From: Camelus ferus
Lineage: Eukaryota
Direction of reading: 5' to 3'
NCBI RefSeq assembly: GCF_009834535.1
Contig: NC_045696.1
Coordinates: forward strand, 21,392,001-21,456,000
Length of the DNA: 64,000 bases
In this document: positions 39,063 through 51,323 of the stretch, in pieces
Layout of the letters: the number at the start of each line of letters is the position of its first letter
Position numbering within the stretch: position 1 is the stretch's first letter
Program-made: the position numbers and the translations under genes
Notes under the pieces: model-generated
What the model saw: only the letters and a program-made list of their open reading frames with translations
Databases searched by the model: none
Told to the model about the DNA's origin: nothing

Positions 39063-40447
39063 AAGAAAGAAATATAAATAACATTCTATTAATAGATAGT
39101 TGTTTTCAGTTTCTTTTTAATTTCAAAGAGATTACATTCGTGTTGAGCCTAGAGACAGAGACAAATAGATAAGAAATATGAATCTTTGAAGAGGGAATGC
39201 TGTTCTAAGAGGAGATACCAGTACATTCTTGGAATGGTTAGCAGGTATGTTTTTGCAGAAAAAGGTGGTAATCTAGCCTGGAAAGCCTAGATTTTGGAAA
39301 TACAGATGGTACATTGGAAAAGTTGACTATGATTAATTAACATTTATAGCATTTCTATATGAAGGCATTTTTAATGACTGTGATGACTTTTTTTCTATCT
39401 AGAGGAATATAAGATTTTCTCACAGCCCAGTTTTATGTTTTAGGCTGACATGGCTGCAAATTATTTGTACATAAAATTGTATTAATAGAGTTGGACACAT
39501 ATAGGCAATGTTTGGGATGTCAGAAGTGAAAAACAATCTTCTAAGAAATGCGATGAATCAGAAGATTTCTTAACGTCCGCATTCCTTGAGGTTATAGATG
39601 AAGCTGGAGAAGACTTAAAAAAAGAAAATATTGCACTGCTTAACACATAATATATAACTCCCAGTGCATTGGGAAAAAAACCATAGATATTTTCTTTATA
39701 TTTTCATCAATCTCATCACCTTGATTGATGCTTAGCATGAAAAGAAGTGGGAGGGAGTAGGTTGCTAGAAATCTGAAAGATCAATAAATTAAAATAAACT
39801 GCTTGAATATTCATTTTATGGAATGCCATTAGCATTCATATCATTGTGCAATAAAACTATCATCTTAAATATTGTATCTTTAGAATAATAATTAAAATCT
39901 AATATAGTAAGAAATTCAATATGCATACTTCTAATGGCTGTGTAACATAATGTAGTTGATCATGTAACATTATTACAGATTACTATTGCAATTTAAAGTA
40001 ATTAGACTATTAAAACTCAATGATTTCATATGTATACAGATATATACACATATCCATATGCATATTTGTAATATTTCTCTGTTTGAAATACTATTTTTCA
40101 TACCTGTATTCTATGGATAAAATTTGAAGCCATTGAAATCACATAAATACTTTAAGAGACTAATATAGTGATAAAATATTTATTTAAATTGCATAGTTTG
40201 AGCCATCTCATAAATTTCTTAACTAAATACTACGGTAAAAAACAAAAAACAAACAAGCAAAAAAAAAACACAGCAAATTCCACGTCAAAATCAAAGTTTA
40301 TCAAATTAGAGGAGTGGTACATTTTCTCTTTGGAAACAAACTTACATTATAAAAATTACCACTGTGCAAGTCAATACCAGGATCCTGGAATTACCTATTA
40401 TTTAATAATTGAGAAAACACCAAACACAGTTACATACATTAGTCTTT

Positions 40448-40570
40448 TGTTGTTGCTGTTGTTTGGGGTGTGGGGTAAGTAGGTTTATTTTTAATGGAGG
40501 TCCTGGGGATTGAACCTTGGACGTCATGCACGCTAAGCATATACTCTACCACTGAGCTATACCCTGTCCC
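40448..40570 (-). mobile_element. tRNA-Ala-derived SINE (vic-1 family)
   Basis: Reverse strand reads gggtatagctcagtggtagagtatatgcttagcgtgcatgacgtccaaggttcaatccccaggacctcca. TSD acattagtcttt (40436-40447) / acatttgtcttt (40571-40582). Confidence 0.93.
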
Positions 40571-40689
40571 ACATTTGTCTTTAATTCAAAGTAAACTTGA
40601 GCTTCTATGGTAATAGTTATCAGCTTTACTTGGAGAAAATTAAATAATTTAGAGTCCTTAGTGAGTACATATGTGCAGTTAAGTTTTAT

Positions 40690-41280
40690 AAATTGCTTAT
40701 GATTCTTGGATGCCAATCTACAGAAACTTAACTCAAATTAATTAAGGGAAAAAATAAACAATATTTTCTCAGACAACCTAATGAAAGTGTAAATAACCAA
40801 AACACGGAGTGCGAAGATGAATTAGGCTTATGAATAGCTGGACCAGGGTCTGCAATACAACCTGGACTCTATACTAAATTATGTTTCTTTCAATATGCTG
40901 GCTTCATCCTTCCTTCACTTTAAAACGGTTTTATTGAAACGGTGGGAAATGTAATCATCGAACCCTCCACTGTTTTTATGATGTACAGCTTTCATCAGCA
41001 TCAAGAAATTGTCTTTCTTCTAGAGTAATAGTTTGGAAACTTTCAGGCAAAAAACTCTGATTGAGGAAATGGGGCCAGTCTTCTGCCTTTGGACAAATCA
41101 GTTATGATGTGGCGTACTCCTACCAGCCTAGCTTAGATTGTGGATTAAGGGGCTCCTTTACTCATCTATTAAGGATCTTTCCCCAGAGGCAGGAACATAT
41201 GGAGTCCATTTATTTGAATTAGAGGCTATTGCAGAGAAGAGGAAAATAATGTGTGTCTTGAAGCCACCACAATAGGTCTG
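40690..41280 (-). mobile_element. MaLR LTR (MLT1K/L-like)
   Basis: ttcttggatgccaatctacagaaacttaactcaaa...tagctggaccaggg...tgctggcttcatcct...actctgattg...ggacaaatca. Confidence 0.6.
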
Positions 41281-41694
41281 CTATATTTTTCTGATGTTTC
41301 AGAGATCCGGGGAAAAATTATGTTGGCACTAGCAGTCACAAACTAATATTTCTCTCACTTCATTATTATCTGTATTTTAGAAGTTTCTATCATCTTAAAA
41401 TATAACCTTAATATTTCTCTGAAATACCAAAATCTAACTCAAGTGCATCCCATGAAGCCAGTTTTTCTTAGCATTCAAATAAAATCCACAATATCTTTTT
41501 TCACTGCTCAAATTCCCTTTGATAAGATCATATTTTTATGACAATAACCAAAGCAGTAACTATGCCATGATGGCTGCCAGAAGCTGTACTGTCCACTGAA
41601 AGAATGGATGTTGCGGCTGAAGTCCTTTAGTAACATTCCTGGGAACTTCTTATACTCTATGTAAAGGGTGCTGTGTGACCCCAGGATGTCACAT

Positions 41695-43125
41695 CTTCCA
41701 TCTTAGACAAAGATGCTTTGAAAGGTGGTGAAGCCAGTCATTCTCAATATGCAGTGTAATAGAGTCAAGAGTCAGGAAAACACTAGAAGAACTTTATTTT
41801 TGGTCTTAGCAAATTGAGAAAAGAGACATGGCATATAAGGTAAATATCAGGGAGACAAATGCAGACTAGTGGAGGCAATCAGCAGCGCAGGTTCTTTCTT
41901 GACAAGAGCAGAGCAGTTTTTCCTTTATCTCAGAATAAAATGAAAGAAACAACTCACTAAAGAAAATGTCGACACTGTAATTGAGAAAAGCTGAGACTGT
42001 GGCATGGAACTTGGAACACCAGAGTGACATCACCATTATTTTGGCACTTGTCTGAGTGGAGAGAGGTACCACCCTCAGCTGCCACTGCCATTTACTCTAT
42101 AAAGTGGAGAGATTTGATGTTCCCGAATACACACAGATCTCACCCAGCCCTCCACAATCAAAGGATCCATCTGTAGGAAGAAAACCAAAACTAGTGGCCA
42201 AGGCTAGAATTGCGATAACTTACAATACCTGCCTATACTAAAAATCTATAACTCCATCTATAAATATGATTGAACACACAAAGACCATTGGTATCTAAGA
42301 AAAAACAACAGCACAAAAAGTAGGACCTGGATAATGAAACAAAGACATCAGAAGAGTAGCAAATTTAGAGAATAAGGTAAAAGTTAAATGAATTAGAAAT
42401 AAAAATATAAATGTTGGGGGCAAAAGCTTAACCAAGGCAAGAGAATGATTCAACAAATCTTCCAGAATGCAGAGCCAATGCTGAAAGAGGAGCTAAATGA
42501 ATAACATTCTAAGAGAAAGGGGACTTAATTCAAGGAATTCAACATGGTTTCTCTTTAAAGAAACTGAGAAAAAATGGAAGATAATTAATAACAATATGAG
42601 TTGCTAAAATGTTCTTGATCTTTCAAGAAGACAATAGAAACTCTAATTCAAAACTCTAATTCTAATAGACAAATGCACCCCAGTGTTCAGGGCAGCACTA
42701 TTTACAATAGCCAAGACATGGAAGCAACCTAAATGTCCATGGACAGATGACTGATAAAGAAGTTGAGGTATATATATATAGTTGCAGTATGTTACACACA
42801 CACACACTTTTTTGAAATGTGTATATATATATATATGTGTGTATAAGTTTGTGTATAAGTATAAATATGTATAAGTTTGAAATAAGGATAAAAATAATAC
42901 TAATAAATAGAAATAGAAATAATAATAATACAGTTATGGATAAAAAAGCAACAATCTGATTGACATCATCATCTTTATCTGAAAATAATATGTTAGAAGA
43001 AAATTGTCATTGGTTTGTTACAGAGCAGAATGATTTTAACTCTCCAATTTTATATCCACTGTCAGTGTTAGTCAAGAGTAAATTCTAAATTAACATATTT
43101 TCTGAAATGAAAAGTTTAAGAAATC
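41695..43125 (+). mobile_element. HAL1 / old L1 5' UTR and ORF1 relic, interrupted by a younger L1 piece
   Basis: 5'-like cttccatcttagacaaagatg, and ORF1-like aaatcttccagaatgcagagc, aatctgattgacatca and aatgattttaactctccaattttatatcca. The 5' boundary is uncertain. Confidence 0.55.
42650..42780 (+). mobile_element. Younger L1 fragment (ORF2 C-terminus)
   Basis: atgcaccccagtgttcagggcagcactatttacaatagccaagacatggaagcaacctaaatgtccatggacagatga, encoding CTPVFRAALFTIAKTWKQPKCPWTD. Confidence 0.9.
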
Positions 43126-43990
43126 CATAAATTCAACAAAATCCCCATCAAACAACAGACTCTTTGTAGGCATCATCAAACCAATTCTAAAATTCATACA
43201 GCAAGGAAAAGTTGAATAACTTACACTACACGGTGGCAAAGCTTACTATAAAGCTAGAATGATCAGGAAAACATGATAGTGGCTTAAAGATGGGCCAATA
43301 GATCCATGGCACAGAATAGAGTATCCAGAAATAGAATCAATATGTATACGGTCAAGATTTAAAAAAGGTGCTAGTGAGAATGTAAAATGGTGCAACCACT
43401 TTGGAAAGTAAGGAAGTTTTTGTTGTTCTTGTTTTTAAGAAATTAAATATAAAATCATTATATGACCCAGTCATTCCTCTCCTAGGACTTACTCAAAAGA
43501 AATGGCAGCCATAGAAGAACTTGAAAATTAATGCCTTTTGGAGCTTCATTTGTAAGAGTTAAAAACCAGAAGCAACCAAGATGTGCAACAACAGATGAAT
43601 ATGTAAACAAAGGGGGTTCACCTATAGATTGGAATCCTACTCAACAAGGAAAAAGAAGAAAACTTAGAACAATTATGTTGATAGAAATAAGTTCATTTTT
43701 TAAAATACAATCTGTAAAATTCTATTTATACAAAACTCTAGAAAATGCAAACAAATGCGTAGTGACAAGGAACAGGCCAAAGCTGTCAGAGAGGCCAGGT
43801 GGAGAGGAGAGGGAGTGGAGATGAAGGCAGGGGGGTATTACAAAAGGAAAGGGCATGAAAATACTTTGAGAAATGAGATACGCACTCATTTTCTTGGCTG
43901 CAGGGATGATTTCACAAAGTTAACATATGCTAAAATCTAACTAGTTTACACTTTAAATATTTGCAGTTTAAACAAGTTGTATTTTTAAAA
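43125..43990 (+). mobile_element. L1MD/L1MC-like ORF2 3' part and 3' UTR with internal deletions
   Basis: aaattcaacaaaatccccatca...cagaatagagtatccagaaatag...gaatgtaaaatggtgcaaccactttggaaa...tatgacccagtcattcctctcctagg...tacactttaaatatttgcagttt. Confidence 0.85.
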
Positions 43991-45334
43991 AATGACAATT
44001 CTGAGCTTCAGCAAGGATTTGGAGGAAGCAGAGTGCTCTCGTGTTGCTTGTAGGAGTGTAAAAGGATTCGTAAATGAGAAATCATCACTGTCTACGGTGT
44101 GTGATGGTGAAACCAATTCAGCTAGAAAAAAATCACATTTAAAGACAATTTGCCTTTTCTAGCATGTTGTTATTGAAGAATAAAACTTAATTTCCATAAA
44201 GGCAAAAACTAGGAGCTTTCAGCATTCTTGCAACCCACTCCTGACTCGTAAAAGATATTTACAAGGAAGGGAAGACAGAAATAGAGAATGAGGAAACCAG
44301 GGCAGAAAGGGAAAAGGAAGGAGGATTTAAGGCAGGAGGTGCAGCGTGTGGGGCACACAGAGAAGGCACTAGAAAGCAGGAGTGAATAAAGGGATGAAGA
44401 GAAATGGATTCCTTGCCATTGTGTCGATTCCCCCTCGACACTGATCTCTCCCTCTGGAAACACCCTTACAGCATACTTAACCTGCTAGGAGGAGTTACAT
44501 CATTCCCCGGGCTTGACTCTGCTTTATTCTTACACGCTTTATTTAACTGAATATTAGTCTTTGTTTACAGGCAGTTTTCAGACTTGGAGAACAGAAATGT
44601 CATGTAACATTCCCTGGGATGATACGACAATAAGGCCAGTTTACACTTCCGTTCTGGAGACAGGAGCGGTTTGAAGTATCACGGGGAATTCACGGATCCC
44701 AGAGAAACCGACAGCAGTGGGCCCAGAGCTGGCAAGGGAAAGATCCAGTCACGAATGAAAGCACGTTTGGAGGTTTTTTTTTTTTTTTTTTTTCCTTTCA
44801 TCTCCTCCCCTCCAATTTCTGAAGATGGAAACATCTATATCTGGTCATTTACGCTGCCTGTGGAGCCCTAATGACTACTCTGCTAAGAAACCTAGTGAGC
44901 TGGCAGTGGAAAATAATGACTATCGGGCAGAAGATGTCATCCAGAAGGTCAAAGAGCGAAACTTGCAAGGCTTCTGCATCCGAATGAAATGCCATCCCCT
45001 GTGCAGCTACTATGGTGGATTCAGTCTGGCACCAGAGTAATTTGTCTCTAAGCAGCTTCTGCTGAAGTAGAGAAACTCACATTACAGCACTTGTAACTGA
45101 GATGGGTTCGAAGGGTGAGTGATCAAACTGCAGTTACAAACTTCCCATGAATTCACAGATCTTGAAATCAAACCTCTAGATCACTGAGGTCAGATTCATT
45201 CTATTTGTTTTGTTTTACAAAGTCAAAAATAAAACAAATGTATTATTTTCCAGCTTCATATATATTATTAAAATGGCCAAGTTTATAACACAGAAATCTT
45301 CAAACCTAAATCTAAGGGAAGGAATATATAACAG

Positions 45335-45355
45335 TAAAGTGATTCAGTTATACAT

Positions 45356-45421
<66 letters not shown>

Positions 45422-45622
45422 TTTTTTTCCATATTCTTTTTCATTATAGGTTATTACAAGCTACTGAATATAGTTCCCTGTGCTATCAGTAGGACCTTGT
45501 TGTTTATTGTATATATAATAGTTATTATCTGCTAATCCCAAACTCCTAATTTATCCCTCCCTTCCTTTCCACTTTGGTAACCATAAGTTTATTTTCTATG
45601 TCTGGGAGTCTATTTCTGTTTT
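45335..45622 (-). mobile_element. Lineage-specific L1 3' end containing (TA)21(CA)9
   Basis: aaagtgattcagttatacat...gaatatagttccctgtgctat...ctttggtaaccataagtttattttctatgtctg. Microsatellite at 45362-45421. Confidence 0.9.
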
Positions 45623-46221
45623 CTTCTCCATTAACTTCAGCTCACTGAGGATTATTATAATATAAAACAGGTCTTTTAATTCAGTTAGCTTAGATGAGAC
45701 TGTACAAATCTGTTGTCATGCTAGACTGACCATTAATGTATGGCATCTCATACCACATTTCAGTTCCTCTATAAGATGTCAGGACATTAATATCTCAGGA
45801 GCAAAAAGACTCACCAACACACTGTTTGTCTCCTTAGGTCGCAGAAGCAATCATTTTCCTGTCTACCCTTCACTCTCTAGGAGCTGATGGAGGCATTTGG
45901 CATAGCAAAGATTTTTTGTTTGAGTCTGTTACAGGTGTGGCAATTAGTGAACAAGCTTAAAGATGAAGAATAACAGGATAAAAGAATTGGCTAAACGTGT
46001 CCATATGAGGAGGAGAGACACCCTTCAGTAGCATCCTTTCTAAATATGTTAGGAAAGTCAAGGACAGACAAAAATTTGTGATTATCTAAGAAGTTGACAT
46101 TTGTTTTTTTTTTCCCCAAAATGGATGTATATGTATTGATTTGAAAAGTACTACATGTCCCTTGTATAATTTGAAATGAAATTATTTGGAAATGTATTAA
46201 ATTTTTATAAAAGGATACCAT

Positions 46222-46440
46222 ATCAAACATTTATTAAGTGCAGACAGTGTTAAGTGTTATATATACATTAACATTTAATTTCACCAATGATTCTCTGAGG
46301 TAGGTATAATTATGGACTCATTAATAGATGAGAAAATTGAGATGTATAAAACCTAAGATTAAATCACCTGCCAAAGACTCCTCCACTGTGACTGATAAGT
46401 CAGGTCATGTAATTCTCTGACCTTTATCCCTAAATATGAC
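46222..46440 (-). mobile_element. MIR SINE
   Basis: aacatttattaagtgc...ctctgaggtaggtata...tagatgagaaaattgag...aaatcacctgccaaag. Confidence 0.8.
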
Positions 46441-46829
46441 CCTTTGCGCTTCCATTGGCAGCAATTTTAAGTCCATCACAATACCACACCCAGAGACAGT
46501 GATTGTAACCTTTATAAGCCTGTTATATACCATTCCATAGTTTTAAATGTATACATTGTTATACATTGGTATATGAATATAAACAAATTAGCATCTCTTT
46601 TTTTACTTTAGATGAAATATTAACTAAAACATCTGAGACAGTGATATATCTTCATTCCTACACGTGTGGTCAGTGCCCGTCATTTTATTGACTCCCTCAT
46701 CCTGAACTGCCCTGAGCCATGTGAATTAGTCTATAAGAATGGAATTATAGTTAAGGAAGAGGAATCATATACTCATACAGAGTACATTTTAAAGCACTTT
46801 TGAAAAGTCTAAAGGCACCTCTCTTTACA

Positions 46830-47770
46830 CTAAATGCATCATTGAGCATTGAGGTTATAGCAGTGAATGAAATAAGCATGGTCACTGCTCTTATGGAGAT
46901 TACTATCTATTGTGGAAGACTGAGAAGAAAATTAAAAAAATAAAAAACCAATTCAATACAAAAATATTTAATTAGTTATCAAAAGTGCCAAAAAAGAGAG
47001 GTGAGGAGTACTATAAAATACAAGAGGGTCACCTGGGAAGCCTTCCTTGGAGAAGTGACACCTAAATTAAAAACCAAGAAAATAGGAATTGCAAAATCCC
47101 TAAGGAGAGGGGGAAATTGGTAGAGATAAAGAATAGCAGTGAGGGGAGGGTATAGCTCAATGGTAGAGTGCTTGCCTAGTGTACATGAGGTCTGGGGTTC
47201 AATCCCCAGTACCTCCATTAAAGAATAAATAAGCCTAATTACTACCCCACCAAATAAAAATTCTTTTAATAAAAAAAAAGAATAGCTGTGGTCAATAGGG
47301 AGCAGAGTGTGCCCGTGGAAGGGAAGGGGACAGTATGAGTTGTAAGTTCACAGAGGCCAATAATTTAGGGTATAGAATCTGCAATGTTTGCCCAGTTTCT
47401 ACAAGAATAATGGGAAGCCACACTAAGAGGCTAAACTGAGTAGTATCACCATCTCATTGCAACTGCAAATGATTTCTCTGCATGGAGAGGGCAAGAAAGG
47501 AAGGACAAAGCCTCGTTAAGAGAGTCTTGCTTGTGCACTAAAGACATTCTAGGGACATAGAAATGTGTAGGAGGCTCTGAAGTCAGAGATAGATGACTCT
47601 GAGGCATGTTTAGAAGGTGAAGCAATTGAACTTGGTAACTGACCGATGGTGGATAAGATGTTACTAGATGAAGAAGAGCTTAAAGTTTTAGGCAGGAGCT
47701 AATGGGTTAATACTGGTATCACAAATTAATAAAAGGTGTATGAGGGAGGAGCAGATTTAAATAGGAGGGG
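46830..47770 (-). mobile_element. LINE-2 fragment interrupted by a vic-1 SINE
   Basis: gcattgaggttatagcagtgaatgaaataagcatggtcactgctcttatggag...gggaagccttccttggagaagtgaca. Confidence 0.75.
47142..47276 (+). mobile_element. tRNA-Ala-derived SINE (vic-1 family)
   Basis: ggggagggtatagctcaatggtagagtgcttgcctagtgtacatgaggtctggggttcaatccccagtacctcca plus tail. TSD aaagaatagcagtg (47128-47141) / aaagaatagctgtg (47277-47290). Confidence 0.95.
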
Positions 47771-47869
47771 GAATGTTTGGGAAGCATTTAGCAAGAGGAA
47801 TCTTTAAGACAGCTGTGGAGATAGTGTAAAATTTGTTTCTATATATTATGTTAGATAAAATTCTGGAAA

Positions 47870-48170
47870 TTTTAATAGATAGTATTCAAATTTTGTTACA
47901 TATTGAAAAATTATCCTTTAAAAATATTGTACCTGTGAAAACAGCCTCAGCATATGGGTCCCCTATTTCTCCATAGCTTAATACCACTGATACCGTAAGT
48001 TTTTTAAGGTGTACTTAAATGATAGAATAAAATGTGTATCTTGTTTTAACTTGCTTGTATTTGTTTTATTGATGAGTTAAGGATTCTCATGACTGCTGGC
48101 CATTGGTGTATAGATCTTTCTTTTTATGAAGTTTGTGAGGGTGTATTCACTTTCCTATTATTGTGTTATT
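47870..48170 (-). mobile_element. Ancient L1 (L1ME-like) fragment
   Basis: caaattttgttacatattg...tgggtcccctatttctcca...atcttgttttaacttgc...tggccattggtgtat. Confidence 0.6.
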
Positions 48171-48199
48171 ATTAATCCTTGCCTTAATCTTTGTGGGAG

Positions 48200-48430
48200 A
48201 GACAGTACAACGTAGTGAGAGGGCCACTGACTTTGGAGCCCATTGCTTTGGTTCAAATCCTGGCTCTACCACTTAGTAAGAATGTGACCCTTGGCATGAT
48301 TTGAAAATCTTTGTGCCTAAGTCTTTCAATATTTAAAATGGAGATAGTAATAGTCTAAGGTCACTGTGAGAATTGATTGAGTTAATGCTGTGAGCCACTT
48401 AGGACAATGCCTACCATAGTAAGTTATATA
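48200..48430 (+). mobile_element. MIR SINE
   Basis: gactttggagcc...ggttcaaatcctggctctaccacttagtaagaatgtgacc...taaaatggagatagtaatagt. Confidence 0.9.
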
Positions 48431-48567
48431 AATTGCACTCCAGTCTCATCATTTTAACACCTCTTCTACTCATTCTTACACTCCAGCTCTAATTTTTGTT
48501 TTAAGATTTTTTTTTTCAGTTCTAATTTTTGTTTTAAGATTTTTTTAATGGTTTTTTAAAAATAGCT

Positions 48568-48715
48568 GTTTTGTTTTGTTTTGTTTTTGCTTGTTTGTTT
48601 TGGTGGAGGGGGGAATTAGATTTATTTATTTATTTTAATGGAATTACTAAGGGATTGAACCCAGGACCTCATGCATGCTAGGCACGCACTCTACCACTGA
48701 GCTTTACCCTCCCCC
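48568..48715 (-). mobile_element. tRNA-Ala-derived SINE (vic-1 family)
   Basis: gggattgaacccaggacctcatgcatgctaggcacgcactctaccactgagctttaccctcccc, with a (gtttt)n tail. TSD not resolved. Confidence 0.92.
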
Positions 48716-50129
48716 ACTTGTTGTCATCTTTTATGTCAAAAGTTTACCAAGATGCCCAAACTCAAGATGTGAGACTAAGTTCTGGTTAAGTGTCACTCCC
48801 CTGTGTTTATACAGGACCCTTGACTTTCACTATCATAGCACTCAGCAAGTTGTTTTGTAATTGTTTTATTTATCTCTCTATCTCAGCCATGGGGTGTGGG
48901 ACAAGTGAATGATGACAGTATAGTCATCACCCAGTAACAGTCTGTGAAACAAATGAGCGAATGGTGCCCTCGTAAACTTCACTACTGCCCTTTCAGCAGC
49001 TCTCTCTTGAACACATTTATCTATCAGTCTCCATACTTGGCATTAGGAGTCACACAAGACTAGCTAACATTGTGTCTGTCAGTCAAATGGCACACATTTC
49101 TTTCTATTTTTTCCTCTCACTCTTAAAATGGAGAAGTGGTTCTTGAACATTTGATGGGTCATAAATCTCCCTGATAAACTGAAAGAAGCTGTTATGTTCA
49201 AAGGCCTGCTTCACGACAGAGGAACACACAAAGATGCGTGTTTTACATACAATTGGGGTAGTTAAAAAAAAATCTCTAAAATATGTTTATAGAGCACAGT
49301 TTCAGTTTATAGCCACTTCAAGTAAAACATCTTTATTCAGGCCTGCCTTCACCCCTTCCTCCACTCTACCCACACAAACAAGATTTTCAGGAAGTTTGCC
49401 AATTATCTCTTACATTTTATCAATTTTAACATTTCATCGTTCTTCAAAATGTTTTCGTTGTGTCTCCACATTAACTTAATACAAATTAATTGCAATAAGT
49501 TACTCTTTTTTTTTTAATATAACATGCTACTTTAAAAAATTTTTTTAAACGCCATTTTTTTATCAGGAAATTCCTCTGCTCAAAACTATTCCAAATAGAT
49601 AGTATCTCTTTTTTAGAACAAAAAGCAATCTGATGTCCACTGGTTTTCAAGACATTCCATCTGTATTCCTGACCTACGCTTTCAGTCACTCATTAGACAA
49701 ACTTGCGTACATGTATTATCTATATTTTCAAATATCTCACAACAAGCAATCCTTTTACATTCTCAGCTTAGATAAAACTTGGTTTTGCCCAATGTCACCC
49801 TCCCTATGAAGCCTTCTAATGGAGAGTGCAGACCTGCTGTCACACTTTAATGGGAAGCTGGTATTATTACTGACTCACCCTGAAAGAATGAAAAAATATG
49901 ATCTAATTTCCCAATCCTATTTCCAATCTCCTTTTTTAAATACCACCCACCAGAGCTCACCTTTGACTCTAAATTCAGGTACCTAAACCATCCTTTTACC
50001 ATCCTACTTGATTTTATCCACTGCTCACTGAGATCCTTTCCTCTTTTTTTTTTTTTTTCTTCAGTAAGAGACTTTGATATCCCTCTCTAGGTGACAGTCC
50101 TCATGAACTCAGCTCTCCAGAACCTCACA

Positions 50130-51240
50130 GATTGTTCTGGGTTGACAGGAAGTAAATAATAATTACACTAGAGGATAATAAGTATATAGGTTTTTTTTTT
50201 TTCTTAAAGGTATGCATGGAGAGCAAGGGCAATGCATAGAAGAGGAAGTAGCACCTGATTTAACTATTTAAAAAGAAGTGAAACTTACCTAAGAGAGTGA
50301 ATATGGGGCTAAAAAAAAAAAAAAAAAAAACAATAGTGTGAGCAAAGGAATGGTGTTTATAGAAACTTTCCATATCATCAGGTATATGTCAGGGAGTGGT
50401 CATGGTTGAGGCCAGATAGAGGAGGGCCATGAGAAACATTATGAAACCCAATCATAGGCTCTGGCTTGATGTACTGTAAGCCACAGTCATTCTTTCAAAG
50501 TTTTATGGTCAGAATGTATTTAGACAAATATCATAGGGAATAAATTTAATTTGAGAGAGGATTTAAAACTGAAGGCAAGAAAAGTAAGCAGAAGAAAATT
50601 TAATGTGCTGGATAAAATACTGGGAAAATCTAAATAAGACAATAATGATAAGAAAGATAATGAATCTAGAAAAGTTTAGGAATTTAATAAGCTGACTTTT
50701 GTATCTGGTTTGGAGCAAATGGCTTGAAATAAAATAATAGTTTAGAAAAACTCAAATACTTCTGCCTGGGGTGACTGAGTGGAGAACATGATTATTAATG
50801 GAGAGTAGATGAAAAAGAATCTGAAAAGAAAATATATGTGTATATATGTATATGTATAAATTAATTACTTTGCAGTACACCTGAAACTAACATTGTAAAT
50901 AAACTACACTTCAATAAAAAAAATTAATGGAGAGTAGAAATACAAGATTCACAGGTTTTAGGGGAAAGTTATGTTGAGGGGTTTGCTTTTGAGCAAGTAG
51001 ATTCATCTTATAGCTAACTGGATATACGAGTGTAAAGGATAAAGTGTTGAATACCAATATAAAGAATTGACAGTGTTTATTAGAGCCAGGAACAGGAAGT
51101 AACCAAGGAAGTATCCAAAAAAGAAAAAGATATATTAGCTAGAAAAATCCTATTGTCGGTATTAGGCAAAAAATAGCCACAGAAGTGAATGGACACTGGA
51201 GAAAAAGTGGCCAGTAATCATGGGGAGTTGGAGGTGAGAC
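50130..51240 (-). mobile_element. LINE-2 fragment interrupted by an L1 tail
   Basis: caatagtgtgagcaaaggaatgg...gaggccagatagagg...ttctgcctggggtgactgagtgga...aactggatatacgagt. Confidence 0.65.
50810..50922 (+). mobile_element. Severely 5'-truncated lineage-specific L1 (113-bp 3' tail)
   Basis: gaaaaagaatctgaaaag...actttgcagtacacctgaaactaacattgtaaataaactacacttcaataaaaaa. Exact 16-bp TSD attaatggagagtaga at 50794-50809 and 50923-50938. Confidence 0.92.
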
Positions 51241-51323
51241 AGAGAGCCACATGGATCTACTTCCACAACTCCCCCTCCCACTCTTACCCACTGGCTCCTA
51301 CAATATGGCTCCCTCAGAATATC

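Noticed and set aside
44815..44871. WD40-like peptide SEDGNIYIWS
   Set aside because: Only about 10 residues, preceded by poly-T-derived poly-F and followed by a stop. Consistent with chance.
47146..47218. Functional tRNA-Ala gene (also at 15408, 40497, 48640 and 57430)
   Set aside because: All copies have stem-breaking substitutions, a G-rich leader and A-rich tails, and four have TSDs. They are SINEs.
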